Translations under genes and position numbers: made by a program
The notes under the pieces: model-generated
Told to the model about the DNA's origin: nothing
What the model saw: only the letters and a program-made list of their open reading frames with translations
Database searches by the model: none
Shown here: one piece after another, positions 40,218 to 53,778 of the stretch
Layout: each line of letters starts with the position of its first letter
Numbering within the stretch: the stretch's first letter is position 1
Assembly (NCBI RefSeq): GCF_009914755.1
Contig: NC_060933.1
Length of the DNA: 64,000 bases
Strand: one strand, 5' to 3'
From: the human T2T-CHM13v2.0 reference genome, Homo sapiens

Positions 40218-40580
40218 TGGAATATTATTTAGCCATAAAAAGGAATGAAGCACTGATTTATGTCACAACATAGATGAACCCTGAAAACATTATGCTATGT
40301 GAAAGAAGCCGGACATAAAAGGGCCCATATAATATTATTCCATTTGTAGTTAATGTTCAAAACAGTCAAACCCATAAGATACAAAAAGTAGATTAGTAGC
40401 TATCAGGGGCTGGGAGTGGGGAGAGGAATGGGGTTTCTTTTGGGGGTAATAAGAATGTTATGGAATTAGTAATGATGGTTGTACAATCTTATACAGTCAA
40501 AACCACTGCATTGTACACTTTAATTCACTCACAAAAAAGTGAATTTTATGGAATGTGAAATTGTATCTCAATTTTTAAAA
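40218..40580 (+). mobile_element. L1MB-like 3' end
   Basis: 'ggaatattatttagccataaaaaggaatgaag...gatgaaccctgaaaacattatgct...tgtatctcaattttt'. Confidence 0.88.
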
Positions 40581-42052
40581 AGGAAAGAAAATACTGACTC
40601 CATTCATTCTTCTAATAGCTGGCCCTCTTTGGGGAAATCCAGACTACTGAGAGGTTTGTGTGGGCTGGTAAATATTAGTTCTTAGTCACAAGGCTGCTAT
40701 ACATGTCTCACTTCTAATCAGTTTTAAAATAAGACAGGATTTCAGATCCAGTGCTTTTTTTCTGTTGGGGATAGAAAGGAAGATCTGGGAAATTCACCCT
40801 GGACTGCCACGGGAAGGAAAAGAATTCACTACAGAAAATACAAACAAAGCTAAAGCCTCATGTGTAATGTCAGAAGATGAAGAATGGCATGATGCCTCTT
40901 CAAAGACCTGCTGAGTTTGTAAAAGGAATCCATTTTTTTTTCTATAATAGGAGATGCTAAGAAGACAAAAACCTTAAATATGTGTGTCCCAGGAGGCAGA
41001 GAATGTAATGCTCTCAGCCTGGGAGGGATAACATTTTGAAATACAGTTTCTCCAAATGGTTGAGAGAATACAGTTTTGATCTATATTACCTGGAACAAAA
41101 GGTCCTCAGTTCAATTTTTAACTAAGTTTTGGTGCTGCACAAGTGTGCAGACATTTAAAAGGCAAAATATATGTTGTAATAATAATAATTTTTAATGCCA
41201 AATGAAAACCCAAATCCACTAAATGGCTACTTTGGGATGGCTGGATGATAATGGTTATTATTCTAACACACCTAACAATTGTGAATAAAGTTTTGGCTAT
41301 AGAAGAGCAGGTGGCTTTTTGTTATTACCTTGTGTATTAAAAGTTTCCTGTCCTTTAACACTCTCCATAGATGAAATTCAAAATATCTTCTGAAGACAAA
41401 CGAGAGCTTTATTCTAAAAGAGCCATTGTATCAAAGAGTTTGGTTTAAACTTTAAAGGGAATGTTATACATCAAAGTAACTTAGGATGTGTGATAAGTGT
41501 ATATTTTTATCTACATAGCAGACTCCAATCTTCTATTTTCCTGTAGTGAGATTTCCAAAGTTTGAGGAAAATTTCAGAGAAAGAGAGAAAAAAGAAAACA
41601 ACTTTCATTCTCTAACATTTTGCCAGGTGTTTATTAAGAGGATTGATGTGGACTTGTAAAGGTTAAGTCGTATCTTCTATGCAGACTTTCAAAGGGAGTT
41701 ATTAAAATTCAAAGCTGGGAGGCACTGGCTTTTCAAATGACTCTGCAAACAAGCAGTTCAGTTGGATGTATAGTTTTCTGTCTTCAAAAAGAAGGAAAAA
41801 AAATCATGGGTCCTCAATTTAGTTGTATATTTCTTTAATATTTATTGAGTCTCTCAAATGTGCTAGATATTTGCTTTTATAGTCTCAGATGATATTGACT
41901 ACAGGATTTCACAATTAGTTGAGTAACATACCTTTAGCTGCTATGATAAGGAGAAGAACCTTACAGATTTTTCTTTTATCTTTAAACGTTTTAAGAAGAC
42001 GGAGCTCCTGACAGCTGGCTTTGCTGTCATGCATAGACTGGGTGGTAAAAGG

Positions 42053-42071
42053 GAGCGCCACCTAGTGGCCT
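42053..42071 (-). promoter_or_regulatory. CTCF binding motif
   Basis: Minus strand 'aggCCACTAGGTGGCGCtc' closely matches the CTCF core CCASYAGRKGGCRS; the CpG is retained in non-repeat DNA. Confidence 0.75.
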
Positions 42072-43489
42072 GCAAGTCATTTGGTCGGTGCTGCCCTCCA
42101 AGGGAGAGCAGGGCTAAGGAAAAGCAAATAGGATTTAAACTTCTCAGCCTTCTACGACCTGCCACAAACCAGCACAGTACCTGGTTTTATAGAACAGAGT
42201 GATGGTTCCGGCTCCTTCCATGCCAGCCCCTCCCTAGTCAGGACTGGTGTTAAACTTTGTCTTTACAAGCCTGTGCTTGCAATTTCTAGCTTTGCCATTG
42301 CCACTGACATCTGCTTAAAATGAAGGCTTTGGGGGCCTGGATATACCTCTCTCCAAATGGCCAGTCATAGAAGGCTTTGAAAATCTGGCCTTTGATGTAT
42401 TTTATAGGGATAAGGAGCCATATATTAAAGTGAGCTCTGCTGCACACTCTAGGCCACATAACTGGGTCAATACTAAAGTTGTAATTTCATCTTCAGTTTT
42501 TGAGAAGCTTAACTGTTCTAGCTTTCCTGTTGCTGATGACATCATAGGAAGTCACTGATGAGCTGACAACCTTTTATGATCTAGCTGAGGATACATTACT
42601 TTTTGTCTTTCTCCTTCAGTGTATAATGAATACCATTGCTTACATAAATGTTAAAGAATTATCTGCAGGAGAAAACTGAACCTTCTCAGTAAGCCAGCAG
42701 TAGATTAAAAGGCAAAGTTAGTGAGGTATTCTTCTCAGGGTTTTATCTTTTGCTCTTTAGTAAGCCATGGGAGTTATAGGTATAGAACTCATTCAGTGTT
42801 GGAAGACAGAGAGTGGAGGAGTGTTTCTAAGAAAATGAATATGTGGAGATTATAAGAAAGAAAATGACTTCATAAATCAGTTCAGGGTGAATGAAAGTTT
42901 GGATACTTTGCAGTCCTTTTTCAGCCTAGGTGTGTACTGTACTGACTTTTAGTTTCTCCCCAAAGATATGGAGAAATCTGCTGTATATTTGTGGCCCAAC
43001 TCATGAATTCAGTGTACATGGATTATAGCTCTGTTAAAACGATCTTAGAAAAGCTAGGACTTTCTCTGTACATAGACTATAATATTGTCAACATGCATTT
43101 GAATAGATTGTCTGTATAGGCCACAACAGAAATGGACCTAAACCATAAAGTAGTAAACCATTTTTTTATTAATTGGTGAAATTGTGAAGTATAAGTACCT
43201 GTGATGGAGATGATCTTGTGTTCTAATGACATAGATGTAGATTATGTTCACATTTAAGTAAGAGGAACAACTATGTTACTAGCATTTACTATAGAAATGA
43301 TATTGTTTTTGTGAGGATGTGTCAGAAGTTATTTTACTTGGGGATAAAATAGACTAAATAATGCTTGCAGGGTTTACCATGATGTCTAGCATGTGTGACG
43401 ATGGCTTCATGGTTTTAGAGAATTCTTAGAATCTTTATTTTTTTAGTTTTTGCAGTGAATGAGAAAAGAAAAAATTATTGAGAAACTAC

Positions 43490-43700
43490 TAAGGGTGAGG
43501 CATTGTGCTGGGTGCTTGGCAAATGCCATCTTATTTAATCCTCACATTGATCTTTTGAGCTAATGGGTAATATATTCCTTTTATGGATGAGGCCATTGGA
43601 GCTCAGAGAGACTAAATAACTTGCCTAAGTTTGTTACTAAATGGTGGATATGGGATTTGAATTTAGGTCTTTCTGATTCCAAAATTCATGGTTCTCCAAT
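43490..43700 (-). mobile_element. MIR SINE
   Basis: 'ttatttaatcctcaca...tttatggatgagg...gctcagagagactaaataacttgcctaag...gggatttgaatttagg'. Confidence 0.85.
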
Positions 43701-44114
43701 GTTGACTTACATGTGAACAAAGAGAAAAATGGGTATTACGTATATGTAACATTTCACTAGACTCTACTATTTTGAATTTTAGCCTATAAGGATAAAAACA
43801 TAAGGCTTGAAGATTGGCCTCAAGCAGATCCTCAGTATTTCACCTGTGCACACATTAGTTTCTATTGTAAGAATATTCTACTCCTTGAGAACAGGTTTAT
43901 GTCTTTTGCTTTACCTTAAACAATTGGTAAAGGGAAAACAGATGCAGATAATAATAGTAGTACGAGTTAAGGCCAAAGGGATGGCACACAGGCAGGAGGG
44001 TATGGCAACATCCTTAAAACTTTTGTTCAAGTGCAGAAATGCCATATTTAATGTCTTTCCTCCTATTTATTAAAAGACATATGTCTATGTATCTTACCAA
44101 GAGACTAATAATAT

Positions 44115-44340
44115 CAGCAACAGCTAACACTGTTGAGCACTTAATCTGATCCAGGCCCTTTTCTAAGTATTTAGCATGCCTTCTTAGGCACTACGATTAC
44201 CCTCATTTCACAGGTGAGAAAACTGAAAGTCAGAGAGTTTAGGTAACTTATTTGCCTAAGGTCAAATAGAATGTTATAGATTCAGGATTCAAACCCAGTC
44301 AGTTGAACTCCAAAGCTCAAGTTCTTAAACACTGTGATAT
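44115..44340 (-). mobile_element. MIR SINE
   Basis: 'catttcacaggtgagaaaactgaaagtcagagag...ggattcaaacccag'. Confidence 0.85.
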
Positions 44341-45119
44341 TCTTCAGTACAATAAATGTACACATTAACTTACCTTGCTGGGGATGTTTCCTCCTCAAGA
44401 AGTCTGAAATTCTTCTCGATTGTTCTGACAGTGATAACCAGTTTCTCTCTTCAGTATCTGTTTTGCCACCGCTAAAAGTACAGCCTTTGATTTGAGAGCT
44501 AAACAATCTGTCACCACCATTAAGCATCAAATATATGTTTTATCCTTGGGGAAAAATTAAGATCATGGATAATGAACTCTTTGACTTTGTTTGTTTAATG
44601 CAAAAATAAATTGAACCTTGAACTTGATAAGACAAAATCTTTAGAGTTCACCTACATTCCTACATACAAAATGATACCCTTGTGGTACATCTTTTAATCA
44701 CAGTATATTTAAGAGTTCTTCAATATCCCATATTTACAAAACAGGTAGTTAATAGTAATATTTGGTATCTATATTATTCTGTGGTTTCAAAATTTTGTCA
44801 TTCCATTTTATTGATGGGTAAACTGAAGACTTAAAAATATTGTGATAAACAAAGAGTTTACCAAATGTACACCAAAAAAGAAAATACTAACCAAGACTCA
44901 TATACAAAATGCTGAAAGTATTTGATTCCCTACTTGACTGGAGACATCTTGAAAAATTTTTTTATCATCAGTTGAATTTTTATAAAACATTTTTAGTTTA
45001 CCTTTACTTGAATGTATTTAGAAAATCCAATATTTTTTAAAACCTACATTTAATCTTTGTCATGTGAAAAAAGTACAATTATCAGAATAATCAGAATAAT
45101 ATACTAAGAATTATAAGGA

Positions 45120-45320
45120 GCTAGTAGTGACTATATGCACAATACTGTATCAAATATTTGTAAACATTTTTATATTTAATCCTTATAGTTACCCTATCAT
45201 GTAGGTATTCATCCCCCTATTTTATAGAATAAACTGTGGTTCATGAAGATTAGTAACCTGCTTAAGACAATATAACCAGGAAGCGATGGACCCAGAGTTT
45301 GATTCCAGATTTCATCCCAG
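45120..45320 (-). mobile_element. MIR SINE
   Basis: 'atttaatcctta...gtaggtattcatccccta ttttataga...aaactgtggttca'. Confidence 0.7.
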
Positions 45321-47261
45321 AACCCAAGATTTCTTCCTGTATTGAACAACATTTACATTAGCTCAATTGTGCGATTACCTCTAGCAGAAAGGTAGAGGTA
45401 TAAATGTCTTACAGAGCAGGAAAAGGAAAAAAGAAACTCCACAGTGATCTTTTAGGATTGACGTTCCAGAAACTCTATATATGGGCTTAAGTCTAAGATG
45501 AAAACTAAATCTCACTCCCAAATTCTCTGTAGGAAGATATGCCTGGGGGAAAAAAATGTTGACATAAATATTAGTCTAGATTCGTGCTGGTATACTTGGT
45601 TTTCTGAAAGCATTTAAAGGCATGAACTAAAAATGTTCTGCTACTCTAAATTTGTTTTTGTTTCTTTAAAATGCAAAAATAAGCAAGTATGGGTTTTATT
45701 GATTTTAAAATCAATTAGAATTCTACCAGATTATAAAAAGTATCACAAAATGTCAACCAGCAAGGATGCCTGTGCAGGCAATTGGGCTGACATGTTTATT
45801 GTAATGTGAACGTGCAGAAACTGGACCATACAAAAGGCCAAATGGGTCCATTCCAAATCAATCTTTTAAAGCAACTTGAGGGAAACAAGGCATATTGGTC
45901 CTAGAACAAAATAGAATCAGCAAAGCCTTTGACGTAGATCTTCATACAGATAAAATGCATCTGGGTGCAAACACGTTTTTCTCAACATGTTCTTACCTAT
46001 GTCATCTAAAAAATAGTATTCTTGAACTTTCGGGTAATAGTGCTTGTCTTAGAACAGAATTAGGCCTACCTTGGACCATATCCAAAGAGAAGGTTTGGTT
46101 CCAAAAGTACCTTGAAAGGAGTTCATTGTAACGTGATTTCCTATAAAGGCAGTCAGAAGTGTGGACTGAAGACAGTTTTGAGGGATAAAACTTGCTTTAA
46201 AATTTCAAATTAACATGAACATTTTTTTTTTTAAACAAAACTTTCCTTGTGCTGGAAGGGGAGGTGAGACAATCACAAAATGTGGGTCACACAATCACTA
46301 TGTGGGTTGTTTACATAGTTTTTGACTAGTTTGGAACAGTGGTAGCAGAGAGTGTTTTGAACTCTGTTTACCACAAGTAACAAAATCAAAATAAATATTC
46401 AGCTGGCTTCATAATGAAGCAAATATTTTCTGTATTATATAGTAATGAAAGTCAGTGTGCATGGTAAATAAAGGTTGCTCAAGGGCTCCGTGAGAAAAAG
46501 CCAAATGCCGAATGACAGCCAGAATTCTACTACAGAGCAAAGAGAGCCTGGAAATGTGTCACAATCCCTGAAGCTGAATGTTGTGCCGTGTTTGGTTTGG
46601 TGCTTGCTTTATTTTGTAGAAAGGGGAAAGTGTTCAGTGCCGGTAGGACTGGCTTCATGCCCTTGGTGTCATTACTCATTGAAATAATGGGGAAAATGAG
46701 AGCCAAACCTGTGGGGAAGAGGGAGGGAGGGAGACTTCACAAATACCTCAGTTCAGTATTTAAAAGGAAGGGACAAAAATAGAACCACTAAAAGAAAGTA
46801 AAGCAATGACATTGTCCTGGATGGGGGAATCAGGCTGTTAGAGGCACCTGATGCAAAACAAAATGTCTCGCAATTATAAGTGTGTGTTTGGAGGCTTAGC
46901 AGGACATACACTGCTAAAGAGTCCTCAGGGAGCTCTTTGCTAGACCCTTTCTGAATGTCTATTGCTGTTCATTCTTTCTTGAAATAGAGTACCTTCCTCC
47001 GGAGAGTCTCATAAGCCTCTCTGCCAAATGAGTTTGCTTCCTTTCTCTATATGCATGCCCCTCAGGGGCCTGGTGACAGTAGCTCTTTGAATGCAGAAGA
47101 GCCCAAACTTTGATGTATAAAAAATTGCAGGTGTCGAGCACACATGGTTGTGCATTTGTGGGATGTGAGCAATTTGGTTTGGTTTATGGGTTTCAGTCCA
47201 AAGCTTTGAAAACTTTGGAAAACACTTTTCAAGACCACCAAAACAAGAGATTTGTGTGCGT

Positions 47262-47300
47262 GCTCGCTCTCGCTCTTTCTCTCTCTCTCTCTCTCTCTCT
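47262..47300. repeat. (CT)n microsatellite
   Basis: 'gctcgctctcgctctttctctctctctctctctctctct'. Confidence 0.9.
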
Positions 47301-48869
47301 GCCATAAAGTATTTGCCCAGAAAACAAGAGAAAACAAAAATCAATTAATAAACAAAACCCCAAGCCTCAGTAATAAATTCTTTTATACACTTAGGAATAC
47401 CCAGTTAAGAACCACTCTGGGTATTTTGTTCTTTTATGATGATTTTGTTGAGCTGCTCAGGAAGAATGTTAAGGAGGAGGCTTGGAGAAAGAAGTTTGGC
47501 ATGGACAGTCAAGGTTCTGCTGCCAGCCAGCCAGTGTGGGAAGGACACAGGACACTGGATGAGCTAGCCATCCACCTGCTGTCAGGGGAAAATTATTGCT
47601 ATTGTAACCACAAACTGAGAAGTTTGAAACTAGGACAATGAGATCAGGGCCAAATGTCACAACTGCCAGGGAGAAAAGGGAAAGAATTATAAAGGTCATG
47701 ACCTACCTTTCCAAATTTTTACTTTTAAACCCCTAAAAGAATTTAGAAAATATCGACCACAGGCACATTTGTAAGTTGGCATTTAAAATTCATCATCATA
47801 AGTTGAAATAGTTGCAAAGGAAGTTATATCTGGAAAATTATAAATATTAATTGTAGATGTTTCTGCTAGAATGTAAATACCATGCCAGTTAGATACTCAG
47901 TTATTCATAAAAGTAAATATATTGGACATTTATCTCATTTTCTTTTCTCTTTAGACTCATGCTATCATAACGTAGTATATTTTATGATTGAAAGTTTTCC
48001 TCTTTCTGCAAAATAAAAAAGAACCAAAAGTATGGCTGCCCAGGTATACCTTACTGCAAAAAATATATAGAAAGTAAAATTTAATTTTAAAGTTTAATTT
48101 TAAAAAATGCTCTATGGTTACAAGGCTCGAATGTTTAAAATTTATGTGAGTGATATATTATTTCAAGTATTATTAATATCAAATAATAGCACAAATAATA
48201 TAAATTTTTATACTATGCTTTATTGAAAATACTAAATAAAATATATGGGGGTTTTCTTTTCTCTTAAGTAGTTCATCAGTGGATAAACATTTCTTGCCAG
48301 AGTGAGACACAGTTACTCATAAATCCTGTTTTTAACTTCCGCATTTATTCATGTGAGTGAGAAGAGCACTGATTATATAAAAAGCATGAGTTGGGGGGAT
48401 TTAGGGAGGAATTCTGAAATAGCATAAATTCTTTGAACTTTTTCTGAGTTGTATGTCAAAAATCACTTAGTAATTAATGATCAAAAATTAAATTTAGTTT
48501 ATCAGCTAGCAACTCTATTATATAATTTAAAAATATAATTATATAATTTATATTTAAAAATCTAAATAGCTTGACATGCAAAATGATTTGTAAAACAGTG
48601 ATTAGAGCCAACACAGTCGTAGAGCCATTTGCCTTCTTTCTTTCTGGAATGTATAATACTAAAGGGCTTTACCAAGACTTAACATATGACTATTAATTAT
48701 ATCTGTTGGTTTTTCTCTTAGAGGAAACTTGTTTAACTTAATATATTCAGAAATAATTAGGATAATTGAAATATAGCTAATATATCTTTGGCAATACATT
48801 TTATTTTGATAAAATGATATTATCACATCCTGTGTTTTAAATATACTGTTTCCAATACTTTGTAATTGC

Positions 48870-49630
48870 AAAGACACATATCAGATAAAGGACTTGTGTC
48901 TAGAATATGTAAAGACCTCTCACAACTCAGTAATAGGAAAATAACCCAATAAAAATTAGACAGAAGATCTAAACAGAAAATAGATACAGATGATAGATGC
49001 AGGTGTCAAATTAGCACATGAAAAGCTTTTTCAACGTTATTAGTCATTAGGCAAATGCACAGTAAAACCACAATAATACACTACTATATACCTAGTGGAA
49101 TGGCTGGCATTTTAAAAACTGGCAGTAGTAAGTGCTGGCAAGGTTGCAGAAAAACTCTCTGACATGGCAGTGAGAATGCAAAATGGGAGAGTGCTTCAGA
49201 AAATAGGTTGGCAGCTGCTTACATTAAGTTAAATATACACCTAGCATAAAATTCAGCAATCCCATTCCTAGGTATTTATACAAGAGAATGAAAAGATTTC
49301 TCCATGCAAATATATGTACAGGAATGTTTGTAATAGATTTATTCATAATCACCAAGAACTGGAAGCAACCAAATGTCCATTAACTAGTAAATAGGTAACG
49401 AAATTATGGAACATCCATACAACGAATGTACATTCTGTGATAAAAAGTGGAGCTGGCTGACTACAACAAGACACAAGGGAATTTCATGGAGCGATGGAAA
49501 TATTCTATATCTTGATTGCTGTGGTCGTTACATGATTGTATACATTTGTCAAAACTCATAAAATTGAATGCCCAAAATGGGTAGATTTTACTGTATTCAA
49601 CTTATACCTCAATAAACTTGATGTTTTTAA
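48870..49630 (+). mobile_element. Old L1M (L1MC/ME-like) 3' fragment
   Basis: 'cagataaaggacttgtgtctagaatatgtaaaga...cagcaatcccattcctaggtattta...ttatacctcaataaa'. Confidence 0.85.
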
Positions 49631-49807
49631 AAAAACACACTTTATAGGTACAAATTTAGCTCACTCAATTAATGAAAATATATTTGCCATGTAAGTAAAT
49701 CAGCAAAGTCAGTTAGGAAAAGGTCAATTTTATCTTTCAGTTGAAATGGATGTGTTAATATGTAGCTGCATGAAAACCATATCTCTTTTTAATTCTAGGA
49801 ACCCAGA

Positions 49808-49892
49808 TTCATATATACATATATAGATATATATATTATGTATACATATATATGTATGTATATATGTGCATATGTGTGTATACACACACACC
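49808..49892. repeat. (TA)n/(TG)/(CA) low-complexity repeat
   Basis: Alternating purine-pyrimidine run. Confidence 0.85.
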
Positions 49893-50962
49893 ACATAGAA
49901 CTTTTCTGTGACTCAGAAAAAGTAAGTTAATCCCCTTTACCAAACTTACCAAACTCCCTTTGCTTTGTTGTCACTAGACAACCTCTGAAGTGATTCATTA
50001 TTTGACAATAGTTGAGAGAGTAGGAAGAGGCAACATGGTTAAGTGAAAAATGTCATCATTTCCATTGTCCACTCTACAGTATATCTGGATTCAGAATATC
50101 ATTACATAGAGTAAAATATCCTGCTTCTAAAGCCATGCTTTGCTTTTACAAAAAAATTGTATAAAACAGGGAAAGACAAGAACTGTAGTCTGGGTTTGTG
50201 GTTACTTAATTAAAGGAGTTTCATTTAAACCAGTATTTTGAATCATTCATTTGCTTGGGGTCCTGAGTTTTATACCCAGGGGTAAGACACCAAGGTAAGT
50301 TTCAGGTACTTTTGAAAAGTCAAAGAAACATGCTGTAAGAAGGGGGATTGGGATAGGAAGCCATCAGCACACCACAGCTGCATGTGCATTCTCCTGCCGT
50401 TCAGTTCAAGGAAAACCATTTTATCAAAGCTGAGAATATTCTTTTCCTTGAAACAATCATGTTTGCATACTCCTTGGAAAGATGTTGGGTACCTCCATGC
50501 ATACCTCAATGTAAAGGGCATACTAGTATACCAATTTTTATGGTAAGATCGCCACATAAGATAACTTGCTGTCATTTTTTCAACCTAGCTTATAATTAGT
50601 TTAGAAGTGATTTTATGTCTACAATTTCCATACGATTTTATACCTGCAAATTGAACACAGCTTTACCTGTCTAAATATGGTTATGTGTACCTGTATTATA
50701 GCCATGTGAATGGACAGAAGAGAAGAATTGTGTTACTGAAACCATTACTTGAGCAACTTTCAGAAAAGCTATTGCCACTTACATAAGCATTAGCTTAAAA
50801 TTTCTATTACTCAACCAGCTCTTGTGTAAATATACTTGTTTATCTGGCTACCCCGGAAATGAAACCTTACAAATTTCAGCTCCATGTGTTACTAATTTAC
50901 TCTATCTGAACTCGTTGTTTTGTTGCACACAGTTCTTCTTCAAGCCTGAAAAGGATGGAGAC

Positions 50963-51649
<687 letters not shown>

Positions 51650-52985
51650 TTCTGTCACTAATCCCCGAAGTCACATCCTTCTCACATGCAATGTGCATTC
51701 ATTCCATTCCAATAGTTTCAAAAGTCTTAACTTACTCCAGAACCAACTCAAAAGTCCAAAGTCCAAAGTCTAATCTAAATCAGATGTAGATGAAACTCCA
51801 GGCATGATTCATCCTAAGTCAAATTTCTTTCTAGCTACAAGCCTATTAAACTGAAGTTATCTAACTCCAAAATACAATGGTGGACAGGCATAAGATAGAC
51901 ATTCCCATTATAAAAGAAATAGGCAAGAAGAAAGGGGTTGCTGCCTCCAAATAAGTCTGAAACCCAACAGGGAAGACACTATTAAGTCTTAAAGCTGGAG
52001 AATAATCTTTGATTCCATGTCTCACATCCTGGGAACATTAGGGTAGAGGTTGGGCCGCCAAGGCCTCACGCAGCCTCATTCCTTTGACTTTGCTGGGCTT
52101 AGTCCACCAGCAGCTCACGTAGGTTGGAGCCCCAGGCCTACAGCTCTGACAGCCTGAAGCTGTAAGCTGGTAGCTCTATAGTTCTGGGTCCAGGGGTGGC
52201 CCCATTTCCAAGGTTCCAATAGGCTTTGTCATAGTAGGAGCTCTCCGCAGTGGCTCTGCCTTTGTGACAAGTTTCTGCCTGAGCCCCCAGGCTGTCCATG
52301 ACATCCTTCAAAATTTAGATGGAGGAAGCCATGCCCGCACAGCTCTTGCTCTCTGTGCACCTGCAGAATTAACACCATGTAGCCGTTGCCAAGGTTTACA
52401 GCTTATACCTTCCAGAGCAGTAGGATGAGCCTCACCTGGGCCTGCTTGGGCTATAGCAAGGGTGGATGAGGAGCAAAGTGCCAGAATGCAGAGAGCAGAG
52501 ACCCAAGGTAGCTCTGGGTGACAAGCCTGTGGAGGGTGCCTTGGGCTGGTCTCTCCAAACCATTCTGCCTTCCTAGAGCTCTGGACCTGCAATGGGAGGG
52601 GCAGCCATGAAGCTCTGAAATGCCTTCAGTATCATTCTCTTATTGACTTAATGATCCCTTCTATTATCTATCTATACTAATCTCCTTAGCAAATGGTCAC
52701 TTGGCCACACCCTTGGTTTGTCATCTGAACATGCTTTTTTAATTTTTTTCAGGGCCAGGCTGAAATTTTTCAAAATCTTTTTAGTTTTGCTTCTCTTTTA
52801 ATTCTAAATTATGTCTTTAAGTCATTTCTTTTCTCTTGCAGCTTACTTTATTCAATTAAAATTAGCCACACAGCTCCCTCAATATTTTGCTTGGAAATCT
52901 CTCCTGCCAGATACCCTAGTTTATCACTCTTAAATTCCACCTTCCCCAAAGTCCTACAGGATGGAAATAATTTAGCCAATTTCTT
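51650..52985 (-). mobile_element. MaLR internal sequence (MST-int-like)
   Basis: 'aaaagtcttaact...aactcaaaagtccaaagtccaaagtc', 'ccaaaatacaatggtgg', 'tgcacctgcagaattaacaccatg', 'ttggaaatctctcctgccagataccctag'. Confidence 0.85.
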
Positions 52986-53212
52986 GGCCACTTATAAGTG
53001 GTTGATTAGGAATATGAAATGCAGATTTTTTTGTATCTCTGTAAACAGTTCATTCCATGAACTATCAGTGCTCTCTGTGCTATTAGAAGCAGAGTCCTTA
53101 GCATTTTTTGATCTAATCAGATTAGTGAGCAAATTCTAGAAACTCCCAAGCCAATTAAGGAAACTCATTCTTATAATTATCTTCCTCTAGAACCACTCGT
53201 AGTACCAAAATC
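52986..53212 (-). mobile_element. ERVL (HERVL/ERVL-B4-like) internal 5' leader
   Basis: Minus strand begins 'gattttggtactacgagtggttctagagg...aaaaatgctaaggactctgcttctaatagcacagagagcactgatag', matching my recall of the ERVL internal start. Confidence 0.8.
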
Positions 53213-53778
53213 TGTATTAGTCTGGGTTCTCCAGAGAGACAGAACCAATATCTGCCTATAGATAGACAGATACAGATATCGGTATGCAAGAGGCATATTA
53301 GGGGAATTGGCTCATGTGATTATGGAAGCTGAGAAGTTCCATCGCAGGCCATCTCTAAGCTGGAGACCCTAAGCATAGCTCAGTCTAAGTCTGAAAGCCT
53401 CAGAACCAGAAAAGACAGTGGAATAAATATCAGTACAAGGCCAAAGGCCTGAGAATCCAGGGGGCTGATGGTGTAAATCATATAATCCCAAGGCTGGAGA
53501 AGCTAGAGTTCTGATATCCAAGGAAAGGAGGAGGACACTGTCCCACTACATGAAAGAGAGAGAAAATTATTTTCTCTCCTTTTTTGTTCCATCCAGGACC
53601 CTAGCCGATTGGATGGTGCCCACCCACATTGAGGGCAGATCTTCCCCACTCAGTCCACAGACTCACATGCTAATCTCCTCTGGAAACACCCTCACAGACA
53701 CACCCAGAAATAATGCTTTACCAGTTCTCCAGGTACTCCTTAATCCAGTCAAGTCAACACCTAAAATTACCCATCACA
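53213..53778 (-). mobile_element. MLT2B-type ERVL LTR (5' LTR of the chimeric provirus)
   Basis: 'tgtattagtctgggttctccagagagacagaacc...gattggatggtgcccacccacattgaggg...aaaattacccatcaca'. Confidence 0.9.
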
